A DNA stretch of 64,000 nucleotides from a virus. The notes below the pieces were generated by a model. That model was not told where the DNA came from. It was given only the letters and a program-made list of their open reading frames with translations, and did not search any database. This document shows positions 46,915 through 56,229 of this stretch, one piece after another. The stretch spans positions 6,848 to 70,847 of the IMG/VR virus record IMGVR_UViG_3300034684_000292. One strand, given 5' to 3'. A program made the translations under genes and the position numbers. Every line of letters starts with the position of its first letter. The stretch's first letter is position 1.

Positions 46915-48561
46915 TTAATAAGAATTTCTTTTAATTGCACCAACTACATCCTTTACTCCCTGATAAAGTGGGTTGTCCAAAACTTCCATTTCAAGAGTTT
47001 CCTCCTTTTCGTTATTTGCGGCTAAACATGCAAGTCCCAAACTATCCACATAATCATCGAAATAACCATCCGACTTTTCGCATACCATATAGGAGCCGTT
47101 AAAATATTTCTGACAGTTTTTAATCTGCTCCTCGAATTTTATATATTGTGAAGAACTTCTTACCGTCTTATTTGCCGGTATGATAATTCTTTTTGCAGCA
47201 ATATCCGAAGTAAGACTGTACCACATATCCGACTTGCTTTGTGAAGTAAACGGATAGGGTTCTATATTTACATACTCTCCGCAAGCATAAATAAGTCTGT
47301 CAACAACGGGCTTACCAACACCCGTATAGTCAACAAAGATAGTGGAAATATTGTATTCCACAATAGCATCCAATATTGCATGATGTTGTATCTCGTAGTC
47401 AAGCCCTCCCAAGTCAACCCAATTTAGAATTTCCTTAGTTGGAACTTCAAAAATATCCTCGTTTTCAACTACTCTGACTATCGTAAGAACCGTGCTTGCA
47501 GGACTTTTACCAATATCCAATCCCGCAACAATGTAATCCCCGTCTTTTGGAACTCCGAAACCCTTTTTACGGTTAATCAATTTATTGTAATCGTTATCCG
47601 TAATGAGCATTCCACTTTCCAAATCCCAAATAAGTGCATACGCAAGTTTAAATTCCTGAGAATCCTCACCCCAACGACTTCGTTTTCTAAGTACATCGGC
47701 TTCATAATTAAGGTGGAACCTCCTACCATCCTTTTCATACTGCAAACGTCTGTCATTTATAATTCGCTTGTATGCAAATTCCAAATGATTACGTATTCTT
47801 GGGTCGTCTAATTTTCTATCCCTGTTTCTATTGTATTGTATCTCATTCCAAAAATGATTCTTTTGTGTACCCGTTGTACCTACCTTTATAATAGTACCAC
47901 CTGTACTCGAAACCATAGGTTCTATACTTTTGGTAGCAATAAAATCGTCCACATCTTGTGCTTCCTCAATTATAATAAGGTCGTATGTCTTAGATTCAAT
48001 TTTTGATTGTTTACTTGCCGTTTGACCCATAAGATATGAGCCATTACTTAATTCAAGTCTTACTTCACTTTCCGCATAAATATCAATATCGGGGTCGGCC
48101 ATTATCATTTCCGCATTTGCAGAGTTCAACCTTAACATTGCCCTCGAATATGTAGTAGCAACTTGGTCTGATTGTGGAGCAAAAAGTCCAACCCTGAAAC
48201 CCGTGCTGAATTGGTCTAAATCGGGAATAATCTTTGCAAGTGCAGGCATAAGTACTGTAAGAGTATCTATAACAAATGCCATAACCTCAGATTTACCTGA
48301 CTGTCTCGATAACAGTACCGTCTTTACATCCCCTGAAAAAGTTATTACGGAATAAATAATCGAATATGCAATCTCATATTGATATTCATACAATGAAAGT
48401 CCTGTAAGTACTCTTCCGAATTCTATAATTTTACCCGTTATCTCATGTGCGTCGAAAGATACTGTTTTTCCTTTTAGGGAATCTGTTGAAATATCGTCAA
48501 ATTCCGTTCCCTCTGTTGCAAAAACATACCCCGAATCTCCTAATTTTGTTTTTCTACTCAT
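46915..48561 (-). CDS. terL: terminase large subunit
   Basis: SRQSGKS, IIIEEAQD, VGT, AGLDIGK, VDYTGVG, DDYVDSL. Confidence 0.92.
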   Translation of the reverse strand: MSRKTKLGDSGYVFATEGTEFDDISTDSLKGKTVSFDAHEITGKIIEFGRVLTGLSLYEYQYEIAYSIIYSVITFSGDVKTVLLSRQSGKSEVMAFVIDTLTVLMPALAKIIPDLDQFSTGFRVGLFAPQSDQVATTYSRAMLRLNSANAEMIMADPDIDIYAESEVRLELSNGSYLMGQTASKQSKIESKTYDLIIIEEAQDVDDFIATKSIEPMVSSTGGTIIKVGTTGTQKNHFWNEIQYNRNRDRKLDDPRIRNHLEFAYKRIINDRRLQYEKDGRRFHLNYEADVLRKRSRWGEDSQEFKLAYALIWDLESGMLITDNDYNKLINRKKGFGVPKDGDYIVAGLDIGKSPASTVLTIVRVVENEDIFEVPTKEILNWVDLGGLDYEIQHHAILDAIVEYNISTIFVDYTGVGKPVVDRLIYACGEYVNIEPYPFTSQSKSDMWYSLTSDIAAKRIIIPANKTVRSSSQYIKFEEQIKNCQKYFNGSYMVCEKSDGYFDDYVDSLGLACLAANNEKEETLEMEVLDNPLYQGVKDVVGAIKRNSY

Positions 48562-49091
48562 AGCACTCCTCTAATATCATATTCCATATCACCCATACTT
48601 AATCTGTACTCATTAAGTTCCTCATCAACTTTATTGGTAGCCGAGTAATGATAATCGTTACAATCAACCCAACAATTAGGTGTCTCGTACAGTCTTACTT
48701 TTTCAACCCATATACCGTGTTTTTCCTTATCGAAAAACTTATTGGTTATATAGAAAATTTCCGATGCAATATTTTCCGCAGAAGGATTTACATCTTCCCC
48801 AGAACCAAGTCCCATCAACCACAACTTCCAACCGTTATTGTTTACAACTCCGATTAATTCCTTATCCATCGGGTTTAACATAGCTGCATGGTCGAATCTG
48901 TCATCAATGAAAGAACCCAATACACGTTTCAACTCCTTAAAGTCTATTGCGTATCCAATAGCTCTCAATACATCATAGCCGAAAGTTACTTCGGCTTTAA
49001 ATCTGTGTCCGTGCAAATTGAAGCACTTAACACGCTCATTCATTACTCTGTGAGCCGTGTCAAATTCAAATGTTCTTGTTATCGTTTGCAT
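48558..49091 (-). CDS. queD: 6-carboxytetrahydropterin synthase
   Basis: FDTAHRV, KCFNLHGH, IDFKELK, FDH, PSAENIA, LYETP. Confidence 0.92.
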   Translation of the reverse strand: MQTITRTFEFDTAHRVMNERVKCFNLHGHRFKAEVTFGYDVLRAIGYAIDFKELKRVLGSFIDDRFDHAAMLNPMDKELIGVVNNNGWKLWLMGLGSGEDVNPSAENIASEIFYITNKFFDKEKHGIWVEKVRLYETPNCWVDCNDYHYSATNKVDEELNEYRLSMGDMEYDIRGVL

Positions 49092-49302
49092 AATTGTTTC
49101 TTATTGTATAGGAATAATTGTCCTTTATTCTGCTGGCAAAAAATTCTCCCTTACTTTCAGCCTTTACAAACTTAGTCCAAACTTGTGGATAAACATTTTT
49201 GTATATGTAAGTAAGTCTCGGCCTATTCAAAAAAACTATAAACAGCTCATGAGTATTTCTGGAATAGTCTATGCTTCTAATGTTTCTCGACTTAACGTTC
49301 AT
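49066..49302 (-). CDS. KTSC-domain protein
   Basis: VKSRNIRSIDY...YIYKNV...AESKGEFF...IK. Confidence 0.85.
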   Translation of the reverse strand: MNVKSRNIRSIDYSRNTHELFIVFLNRPRLTYIYKNVYPQVWTKFVKAESKGEFFASRIKDNYSYTIRNNYANDNKNI

Positions 49303-49321
49303 ATCCTTTCCGTTTGGATAC

Positions 49322-49352
49322 AAAAATAGGGAATATTTTTCAATATCCCCTA
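49322..49352 (-). terminator. intrinsic terminator
   Basis: TAGGGGATATT/AATATTCCCTA stem followed by TTTTT. Confidence 0.7.
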
Positions 49353-49438
49353 ATTTAATTACTTATTTCAATTCCTGCCATAGTAAGAAATAAATTAATC
49401 ATACCATGCAGGTTTCACAATTCCACCTTCCCATTTTT

Positions 49439-49915
49439 TCATCTTACTATGAAATATATACCATTAACCCTACTAACAGTTCTATTTTTAGGGTTAGTAA
49501 TAATATATTCCTTATACTTATTATCATCTGTACTTTCGCCAATTAACTTTTCGGCCATACTTTCATAACTTCTTTTATGCCCATTTTTAGTCCAAGTATT
49601 ATTAGCCTCCTTATGGAATTTGTTATACTCTTTTTTGCCCAGAGCCTTTATAAGGGTATTCTCAACTTTAAGAGCCGTTTCATTCTCAGGGTCATTATCT
49701 TTATTCCAATTATACCACACTTTAAAATCACCTAAGCTAACAGGAATTTTCGACAACTCTTTACGTGTTTTAAGTTCTTCACCGGAACCCACTTTTTTGA
49801 GTGCCTCCTTAGCCATACTTGCAGCATCATATTTAGCCGTGTGTTGTTTAACCTGTGTAACTTTTCCCGATTTAGTTTTACGTGTGTGAGCTCTTACAAT
49901 TTTTTCCTTCTTCAT
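49439..49915 (-). CDS. basic protein, paralog A
   Basis: MKKEKIVRAHTRKTKSGKVTQVKQHTAKYDAASMAKEALK. Confidence 0.7.
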   Translation of the reverse strand: MKKEKIVRAHTRKTKSGKVTQVKQHTAKYDAASMAKEALKKVGSGEELKTRKELSKIPVSLGDFKVWYNWNKDNDPENETALKVENTLIKALGKKEYNKFHKEANNTWTKNGHKRSYESMAEKLIGESTDDNKYKEYIITNPKNRTVSRVNGIYFIVR

Positions 49916-49992
49916 AGCAATTAATTTTTTAATTATAAAAGTCTTCTCCACTTCTAAGAGTATTGAAGACTTTTACCCGTTATGAACATTTC

Positions 49993-50442
49993 CTACTTAG
50001 ACCCTTTGGGGTTAAATACAGCTTTACCTCCCTTCTTGAAGGTAACATAGTCCGTGATGTTATTCTCAAGATAATCTCCAGCACCTTTTCCATACTTGGC
50101 ATCCAATTTTTTCTTTTGCCTGTTAAGACTATTTTCAGCCTTTTTATACCCTTTAAAAGGTTTACCTGTTTCTTGTTCATTGTAAAGACCACTGTCCATA
50201 GCATCCCAAGCCTTAAACAACTCGACAGCTGCCGGGTCTTTAAGCATGTTGTCAAGGTGAAGGTCTTTGTTAAAAACTCCACCTTTTTTACTTGCAATCT
50301 CCATACCTGCACCCTTCTTATTTTTAAGGGCTTCTTTTGCCATATCAGAAGCATCGTATTTAGCTACGTGCTGCCTTACCTGAACGGTTTTACCCGACTT
50401 AGTTTTGCGGGTATGCGCTTTCACTACTTTTTCTTTTTTCAT
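49993..50442 (-). CDS. basic protein, paralog B
   Basis: MKKEKVVKAHTRKTKSGKTVQVRQHVAKYDASDMAKEALK. Confidence 0.75.
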   Translation of the reverse strand: MKKEKVVKAHTRKTKSGKTVQVRQHVAKYDASDMAKEALKNKKGAGMEIASKKGGVFNKDLHLDNMLKDPAAVELFKAWDAMDSGLYNEQETGKPFKGYKKAENSLNRQKKKLDAKYGKGAGDYLENNITDYVTFKKGGKAVFNPKGSK

Positions 50443-50494
50443 AAATTTCTAATCTTTGAATGTTTAATGTTTGTTATTTATTGCTCCTACACAA

Positions 50495-50779
50495 TCATTT
50501 TTCTAATCTGTATTTTACAGTCCGAACGATGTAAGTTTTTTTACTTAATCGTCCAATACCAAAATACTCACATAACTTTCTTAGCACTTCAAAACTAACT
50601 GCACCCTTATCGTAAAGATAAGGTCGAATAGCTTGCCCTCCCATTTTCTCACCAATATCGGTTTTAAGGAAATTGGCAACTCCACCATAATTCTTTTCAA
50701 TGTGGCTCCTTATCCTTTGTTTTATTTCCTCTATTTCGATAAGTTCACCATTTTCTGTGTTTACTTTTCTTCTTGCCAT
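50495..50779 (-). CDS. XRE-like HTH protein
   Basis: VSFEVLRKLCEYFGI. Confidence 0.55.
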   Translation of the reverse strand: MARRKVNTENGELIEIEEIKQRIRSHIEKNYGGVANFLKTDIGEKMGGQAIRPYLYDKGAVSFEVLRKLCEYFGIGRLSKKTYIVRTVKYRLEK

Positions 50780-51084
50780 AGTAATTTAATTTTTGTGGTT
50801 GGTTCTAATTTCCCTTCATAAGAAACCAATCCTAATTTTTCACCCATTAAAATTAGCATTTTAATTATTTGAAGATAAGGAGTCCATTGTTCTCCATCCT
50901 TACGAACATGTCCCAAAGATAATATAAATTCTCCATTCTTTTCACTAATTTGTGAAAGCATTGATTTAATATTTTCTTTTTGTTCCCAGAATGTTTTTCT
51001 TACACCGATAACTCCATCAATCTCCACTATTACATGCTCAAACCATATATTCTCAACATTATAAGTTCTTAGTTCCATTTTCAA
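50761..51084 (-). CDS. hypothetical protein
   Basis: RKDGEQWT...LMGEKLG. Confidence 0.6.
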   Translation of the reverse strand: MKMELRTYNVENIWFEHVIVEIDGVIGVRKTFWEQKENIKSMLSQISEKNGEFILSLGHVRKDGEQWTPYLQIIKMLILMGEKLGLVSYEGKLEPTTKIKLLWQEEK

Positions 51085-51107
51085 TATTCAATTATAAAAG
51101 CACTATA

Positions 51108-51235
51108 TTTTTGCACTTCATAGCAACCGTTTTATATGCACTTCATACGGTGGTTTTATAGGTACTTTATAGGGACGTTTTAGACTGTTTTAAGTAGTTT
51201 CAAGCGTTCAAATAATTCGTACACTCATAGCAACA
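51108..51235. repeat. intergenic direct repeats with ~24-25 bp period
   Basis: GCACTTCATA at 51113 and 51138, GTACTTTATA at 51162, degenerate copy near 51219. Confidence 0.6.
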
Positions 51236-51330
51236 AAAGCACCACCACAACAAAGAGAAGGAATTTCCAAAACTTCTTTTTTGTCAATAGGTACAGTACT
51301 AAAAAAGTAATTACGAAAGTTAGTAACATA

Positions 51331-51564
51331 TCAAAATCTGTTTAGATTATTAATTAATTCCTCTTCCGTGTAACCACGTGCATCCAACATACCCTTAAAA
51401 TTGTCAACTACATATTGGCTGCTCTTAAAGTATGTCATCACCCAAATAATTTTATCGTGCCAAGTAACGTAATACTTGCCCTCACTCTTCACTACTTTAA
51501 AAGTTTGACCCAAATACTCAAACTCTTTAAGTACTCTTTGATTACTGTTTAATAAGTCTCTCAT
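51331..51564 (-). CDS. hypothetical protein
   Basis: 77-aa ORF. Confidence 0.6.
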   Translation of the reverse strand: MRDLLNSNQRVLKEFEYLGQTFKVVKSEGKYYVTWHDKIIWVMTYFKSSQYVVDNFKGMLDARGYTEEELINNLNRF

Positions 51565-51584
51565 AATCTTTGCAATGTTAGTAA

Positions 51585-52850
51585 TTATTTTTTATTTTCC
51601 AAAATCTTGTACCATTTATCAAACTTCATTATTCCTATTCCTTTACCATAGCAAATTCCGAAGTCCGTATTGGTTATGGTTCTTACTTTAAATTCGCCAT
51701 CCTCAAATATTTTGATTTTGTCTCCAACTTTTAACTCGTCCGTAAACAGAATATCCTGCGGTGCATATAAACCAACAACGACGCACAAACAGGATAAAAT
51801 GTTTGCATTCTCAACCGTGTTCTTTAGTAACTTACTATTGTAAGAAACATCATTATCCTTCACAATTGGATTCTCAAGTAACTCCTCGAACGTAATTTCT
51901 CCACTTGCAAACTTCATAAGTTGCGGCATAACCTTCGGCTCATAATGCAGAATATATTTTTCTATAAACGGAACCGCCGGAATAAATTTTCCATCAACTT
52001 CAATTTTATCTCCTTTTAAAATACCCACCTCTTTACATTCCGGTAAAGATGTACCGACAAAATCCGTTCGTATTGCCTTTTTAGGTTTGTCCGAGAACGT
52101 TGTATCATCCTTAACCAATTCTTCCAGCATTGTTAGCATTTTTGCATATCTTATTTTTCGTTCTTTCCATTTCTTAATAATTTTACCAGCATTAACTCTC
52201 CACTTCCTATTCGGAATCATTTGTTGAAAATCCAGAGGGTCAAATTTTGTTTCAACTCCTTTTCTTATTGCTTCAATTTTATTGATGACTTTTTCTCTTA
52301 AATCATCAATAGATACTTTTGCCTCTCTGACTTGTGGAGTTACCAACTTTTCTCCGTTCTCTTTTGCCTTTTGCATATCCTCAGGACTTGTTTCTTTAAT
52401 AGGTTTATCAAACCAATCACCCAATTCTCTCGGAGTAGGTATTCCTTCAAATGGAGTATCCACAATCGAGTAGTTATCCCGAATGTCCTCAACAATAAAT
52501 CCTTTTTCATTATCGAACTTCATCCGATAATCACGGAAATAAAGTTTTCCTTTTTTGATAGGACAATCCTCATTGAACCTATCTTTAAGATAGCGTTGGT
52601 AGGTTATGAAACTTGCCTCTCCTACTTCAATATCGTCCACCGTTAAATCGGAAAACGATTTTAATTTCTTCACCGTCTTTTTTACAGGGTCTGTAACTAC
52701 GTATTTGCATCCGTCTTTACCGTTAACAATATCTCCCTTGTTCAACGGTGCAACTTCCTGTTTTTTGTTCCTCTTGGAAGTTTTCTTTTCAACTTTACTT
52801 TTTCTTTTTGTTACTATTGCCGATAGAGCGACTTTTGAAATCTTTTTCAT
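51585..52850 (-). CDS. hypothetical protein
   Basis: 421-aa ORF with basic N-terminus. Confidence 0.75.
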   Translation of the reverse strand: MKKISKVALSAIVTKRKSKVEKKTSKRNKKQEVAPLNKGDIVNGKDGCKYVVTDPVKKTVKKLKSFSDLTVDDIEVGEASFITYQRYLKDRFNEDCPIKKGKLYFRDYRMKFDNEKGFIVEDIRDNYSIVDTPFEGIPTPRELGDWFDKPIKETSPEDMQKAKENGEKLVTPQVREAKVSIDDLREKVINKIEAIRKGVETKFDPLDFQQMIPNRKWRVNAGKIIKKWKERKIRYAKMLTMLEELVKDDTTFSDKPKKAIRTDFVGTSLPECKEVGILKGDKIEVDGKFIPAVPFIEKYILHYEPKVMPQLMKFASGEITFEELLENPIVKDNDVSYNSKLLKNTVENANILSCLCVVVGLYAPQDILFTDELKVGDKIKIFEDGEFKVRTITNTDFGICYGKGIGIMKFDKWYKILENKK

Positions 52851-52861
52851 ACGTTTATATT

Positions 52862-53548
52862 TTAGAAGTTTTTCATTGCCTCAATTGCTTTCTCCATATT
52901 CTTTTCAACGAATAGTGTTTGGTACAGCCACGTGGTAAGTACTCTGTAATCTTTTTTCTTTTCAAAGCGACTGTACTCTTCAAAGAACCTGTCCACTAAT
53001 TTTTCATCCTCAGTTATATCGAAACTGATGAAAGCATTTACACCATCCCATATATCCTCATCCTCTTTTGAAATGGTATCATCCTCAGGGTCGAGTTCCA
53101 CCCACTTATAAAAATCGTCCAATGTAAATTCCTTCTTGGTCAACTTTTTTACTACCTCCTTATGAACTTGCGTTCCACTTCTCAGGTAGTTAAACGAACA
53201 CATAATTCTCTTACCTTCCAAGTCCTCCAAACTCACAGAATATTTAGTCCTACGTGTCGAGTACTCCACAACTTTATAAACCTCACCGTTAACTTCCCAA
53301 TAACTTCCTAAGAAGTTACCCGTAAATGAAAGGTAACGATGCGCAGCCTCATTCGCAATGAAATTCTCCATTTCCGAGAACTCCATCTCACCACTTTCGG
53401 AAGTTTCTCTCATTGTAAATGTAGCTGTTGCCTGTTTATCACCTATTCTTATTTTTTCAATTTTAAATGACATACTATATTTTCCTTCAATGGACTTTAA
53501 GAAGTCCTCCAATTCTTTGGAAAACTTTTTTATTTTATCTCTTTCCAT
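52862..53548 (-). CDS. hypothetical protein
   Basis: 228-aa ORF overlapping the topoisomerase stop. Confidence 0.7.
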   Translation of the reverse strand: MERDKIKKFSKELEDFLKSIEGKYSMSFKIEKIRIGDKQATATFTMRETSESGEMEFSEMENFIANEAAHRYLSFTGNFLGSYWEVNGEVYKVVEYSTRRTKYSVSLEDLEGKRIMCSFNYLRSGTQVHKEVVKKLTKKEFTLDDFYKWVELDPEDDTISKEDEDIWDGVNAFISFDITEDEKLVDRFFEEYSRFEKKKDYRVLTTWLYQTLFVEKNMEKAIEAMKNF

Positions 53549-54290
53549 TTTTAATTACAGGTCTAATTTGTTCAACATAATCCCACAACTTCGGGTCTAT
53601 ATAACTTGCCTTGCATACACCCGGAGTGTTGTTTAAATGTTCCGATACCTTAACTGCAATTTCCTTAATCTCGGAATTGAATTCTCTTTTAGATTTTGGA
53701 AATTCTCTTTTCTCAATTTCACTTAGTGTTTCATACGCTACCATATTAGCCCTCATAGTTCTGAAATCTTTCGGACTAAAATTCTTACCGACATACGTCT
53801 TAATAAACTTGGTAAGCTCGTATGCACTTATTCCGAACAAGGTATCCTCGCACATCTCAACAAGCACTCTTACTTGTTTTGCCAGCTTTCCTTTAAGAAA
53901 GAAACTGTTTTCCACCTGTTTCTTACCTATAAAGTTTAGGCAAGTCTTGTGAGGTGCTACAATAATGTGCTCCGCTTTAAGAGTTGTTAGTCCGTATGTT
54001 TTTACGAACTCAGGCTTTTTCTTACTATTAGGATGAGGTTTTGTCATGTACCCTTCTGCAGAGTCTTCGTTTCCAACTCTTATACCCGTGTACATCATCA
54101 GCCTACACGCAAGTGCCAACCTTGCATTTTTTGTTATCCCATTTCCTTTTTCAATCATACGGTTGAATTTCTCGTCAAGTTCTTCGAACCGCATTGCCAA
54201 CTTAGTAGCTCTATTGAATTTACATTCATAACTACCCGCTGCGGGTCTCATGAACTTATATTCCTTTCCATTTATCACTATTGTTTCCAT
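53535..54290 (-). CDS. type IB DNA topoisomerase (catalytic core)
   Basis: GIRVGN, YGLTTL, FIGKK, PKDFRT, LNNTPGVCKASYIDP: R-K-R-N-Y catalytic pentad. Confidence 0.88.
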   Translation of the reverse strand: METIVINGKEYKFMRPAAGSYECKFNRATKLAMRFEELDEKFNRMIEKGNGITKNARLALACRLMMYTGIRVGNEDSAEGYMTKPHPNSKKKPEFVKTYGLTTLKAEHIIVAPHKTCLNFIGKKQVENSFFLKGKLAKQVRVLVEMCEDTLFGISAYELTKFIKTYVGKNFSPKDFRTMRANMVAYETLSEIEKREFPKSKREFNSEIKEIAVKVSEHLNNTPGVCKASYIDPKLWDYVEQIRPVIKNGKR

Positions 54291-54291
54291 T

Positions 54292-54408
54292 TTATTTTCC
54301 GTAATAAATGATACACTCCACTATAAATGCTATCACTCTTATTGCGAGATAACCACCTCCAATTATTATTGTGGCCATGACTGCTCTTTTATAAGTTTTC
54401 TCTTTCAT
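54292..54408 (-). CDS. 38-aa single-TM peptide (not in ORF track)
   Basis: MKEKTYKRAVMATIIIGGGYLAIRVIAFIVECIIYYGK; ATGA overlap with the upstream gene. Confidence 0.55.
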   Translation of the reverse strand: MKEKTYKRAVMATIIIGGGYLAIRVIAFIVECIIYYGK

Positions 54409-54632
54409 TTTAATTTCCTCCTAATCACTTTATATTGGCCTCTAATTTTAGTAGCATAGTAGCTACCTTTTGAAACCGCCCTTTTAAACATTGCTACTCT
54501 TTGTGAGGTTACTCCATAGTAACAATATATCATCTCACCTATTTGTATGTCAAGTCTCTTTTTATCCTTGTGGTAAGTAGCCGACTTGATAAAGCTACTT
54601 CTTAATTTGATTACAGTTTCCATATTACTCAT
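54405..54632 (-). CDS. KTSC-domain protein (second copy)
   Basis: SSFIKSATY...YCYYGV...AVSKGSYY..KIRGQY. Confidence 0.8.
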   Translation of the reverse strand: MSNMETVIKLRSSFIKSATYHKDKKRLDIQIGEMIYCYYGVTSQRVAMFKRAVSKGSYYATKIRGQYKVIRRKLK

Positions 54633-55068
54633 TTATAGTATTGTTAATCCATTCTGAAACATATTCGATAAACTCTCCTATGGAAGTAGTCCAATACACT
54701 TCCTTTTCTTCGGTTGCGAAAGTGTAGTATTGTCCATCAACATATAAGTATCTTACTTGCGGATATTCCTTGTCAGGTTCTTGAGCTTCAATAACGAACT
54801 CTTCACCCTCCCAAGTAAATTTAATCCTATTTTTTATTAGTGCCTTGTACAAACGGTCAATCCTTTTAAAGTAAACTTCCTCATCCTTCTTCACGGTTAC
54901 TGAATAGTCCACCGAACTTGCTTCCAGATATGCGGGGTCATAAGGCTCTGCAATTGTAATCTCAGGAGTCCATTCTTTTTCCAAATTTACTACTCTTCCC
55001 TTACTGTCATAGTCCCTCCTATCTTCGGGAAGGACTATTGCATTTTGAAATCTATTATTCGTTTTCAT
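54625..55068 (-). CDS. hypothetical protein
   Basis: ORF, likely ATG 55068. Confidence 0.65.
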   Translation of the reverse strand: MKTNNRFQNAIVLPEDRRDYDSKGRVVNLEKEWTPEITIAEPYDPAYLEASSVDYSVTVKKDEEVYFKRIDRLYKALIKNRIKFTWEGEEFVIEAQEPDKEYPQVRYLYVDGQYYTFATEEKEVYWTTSIGEFIEYVSEWINNTINE

Positions 55069-55081
55069 TACTGTTCCTTTC

Positions 55082-55423
55082 TTACCCAATGTATTCTTCA
55101 AACTGTTCCAGATAACTATCAAATATCCGAACAGCCTTTTCTATATACTGTTCCGTATAAGTAATGGCAGGAGCATCCAACTCCTCTTCAAATAATCCGT
55201 ATGTGAACTCTCCCATAACAGGAGCCACAACGGCAATATTGTACCTCTTCCCAGAGGTGTAACTAAATTTACCATAAGTATCCTCATCCACCGCTTTTTT
55301 ATACACGGCGATTAAATACTCCACGTATTCTCCGTCTTCAAAGTGTGTAAGGTAGAGTAGGTTTCTATTCATAGTTAAACTACCTTCACTAAAAATCTTT
55401 TTTACATCATCTAAAGTTTTCAT
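55082..55423 (-). CDS. hypothetical protein, first gene after the non-coding region
   Basis: ORF, likely ATG 55423. Confidence 0.65.
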   Translation of the reverse strand: MKTLDDVKKIFSEGSLTMNRNLLYLTHFEDGEYVEYLIAVYKKAVDEDTYGKFSYTSGKRYNIAVVAPVMGEFTYGLFEEELDAPAITYTEQYIEKAVRIFDSYLEQFEEYIG

Positions 55424-55503
55424 AATTCTGAATTTAATTTTATAGCCTACTCTTTTCTTTGGTTTTTCGGCATCCACCATTTTTGTTTGAATTTCAATGT
55501 TTA

Positions 55504-55511
55504 CAAAGGTA
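55504..55511 (-). promoter_or_regulatory. -7 promoter element TACCTTTG
   Basis: matches TAnnTTTG at the edge of the non-coding region; no clear -33 element. Confidence 0.45.
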
Positions 55512-56229
55512 GTTATTTCTTATGTACTAACATACTGTTTTTTGTTAATAAATTGTAAGTTTTAAAGCAATAACAGTAATCATATATAAAATAACGTTAA
55601 AACAGAGCATTTTTGTTAACATTGCTGATTTTCAGAGGGTTACAATTTGTTAGTACCCTAAAAATACATACTTCTTTATCGATAACACAAGGTAAATAAC
55701 ACAGGTAACCGTATGAATAACCATATAAACTACCATATAAACACCCTTACAAGTAACTACAAACATGCAGCACTAACATATAAATTAATTCCTACCGTAA
55801 AATTTTTACGTAAAAAGTACTCGTATAAACTACCCGAATATACATATATAAGATTCCCACCGTTTTAGTTATTGTTTAAATAATTATGCGCCGGAAAATA
55901 TATTGCCGGAAACATATCATTCGATAATATAAATAATGTAATCCAAATATTACTTACCAGCATGTTATATATCCGTGTAGTATTATTCGTAGTATCTCAT
56001 TCGTGTAATATAAATACATAAACTATCCACACATTACTACCCGCATGTTATTTGTCATGCACTAACTTTTGTCTCAATCTTGAAAAAATTCATTCTGTTT
56101 TATGTCGTGTAGCCCATCCAACCCGGAGTAAGAATCCCATTTAAGGGGTGGGGGCTGTCTTTTGAGCACAGGTATTTAATATATTCTATTCTACCCTTGT
56201 CTTATCTGTCTATATTCTTATAATTATTA

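Noticed and set aside
53535-54290. Tyrosine integrase (temperate lifestyle)
   Set aside because: Motifs are TopoIB-specific (GIRVGN, KDFRT, SYIDP); no HxLR motif, att site or repressor module seen
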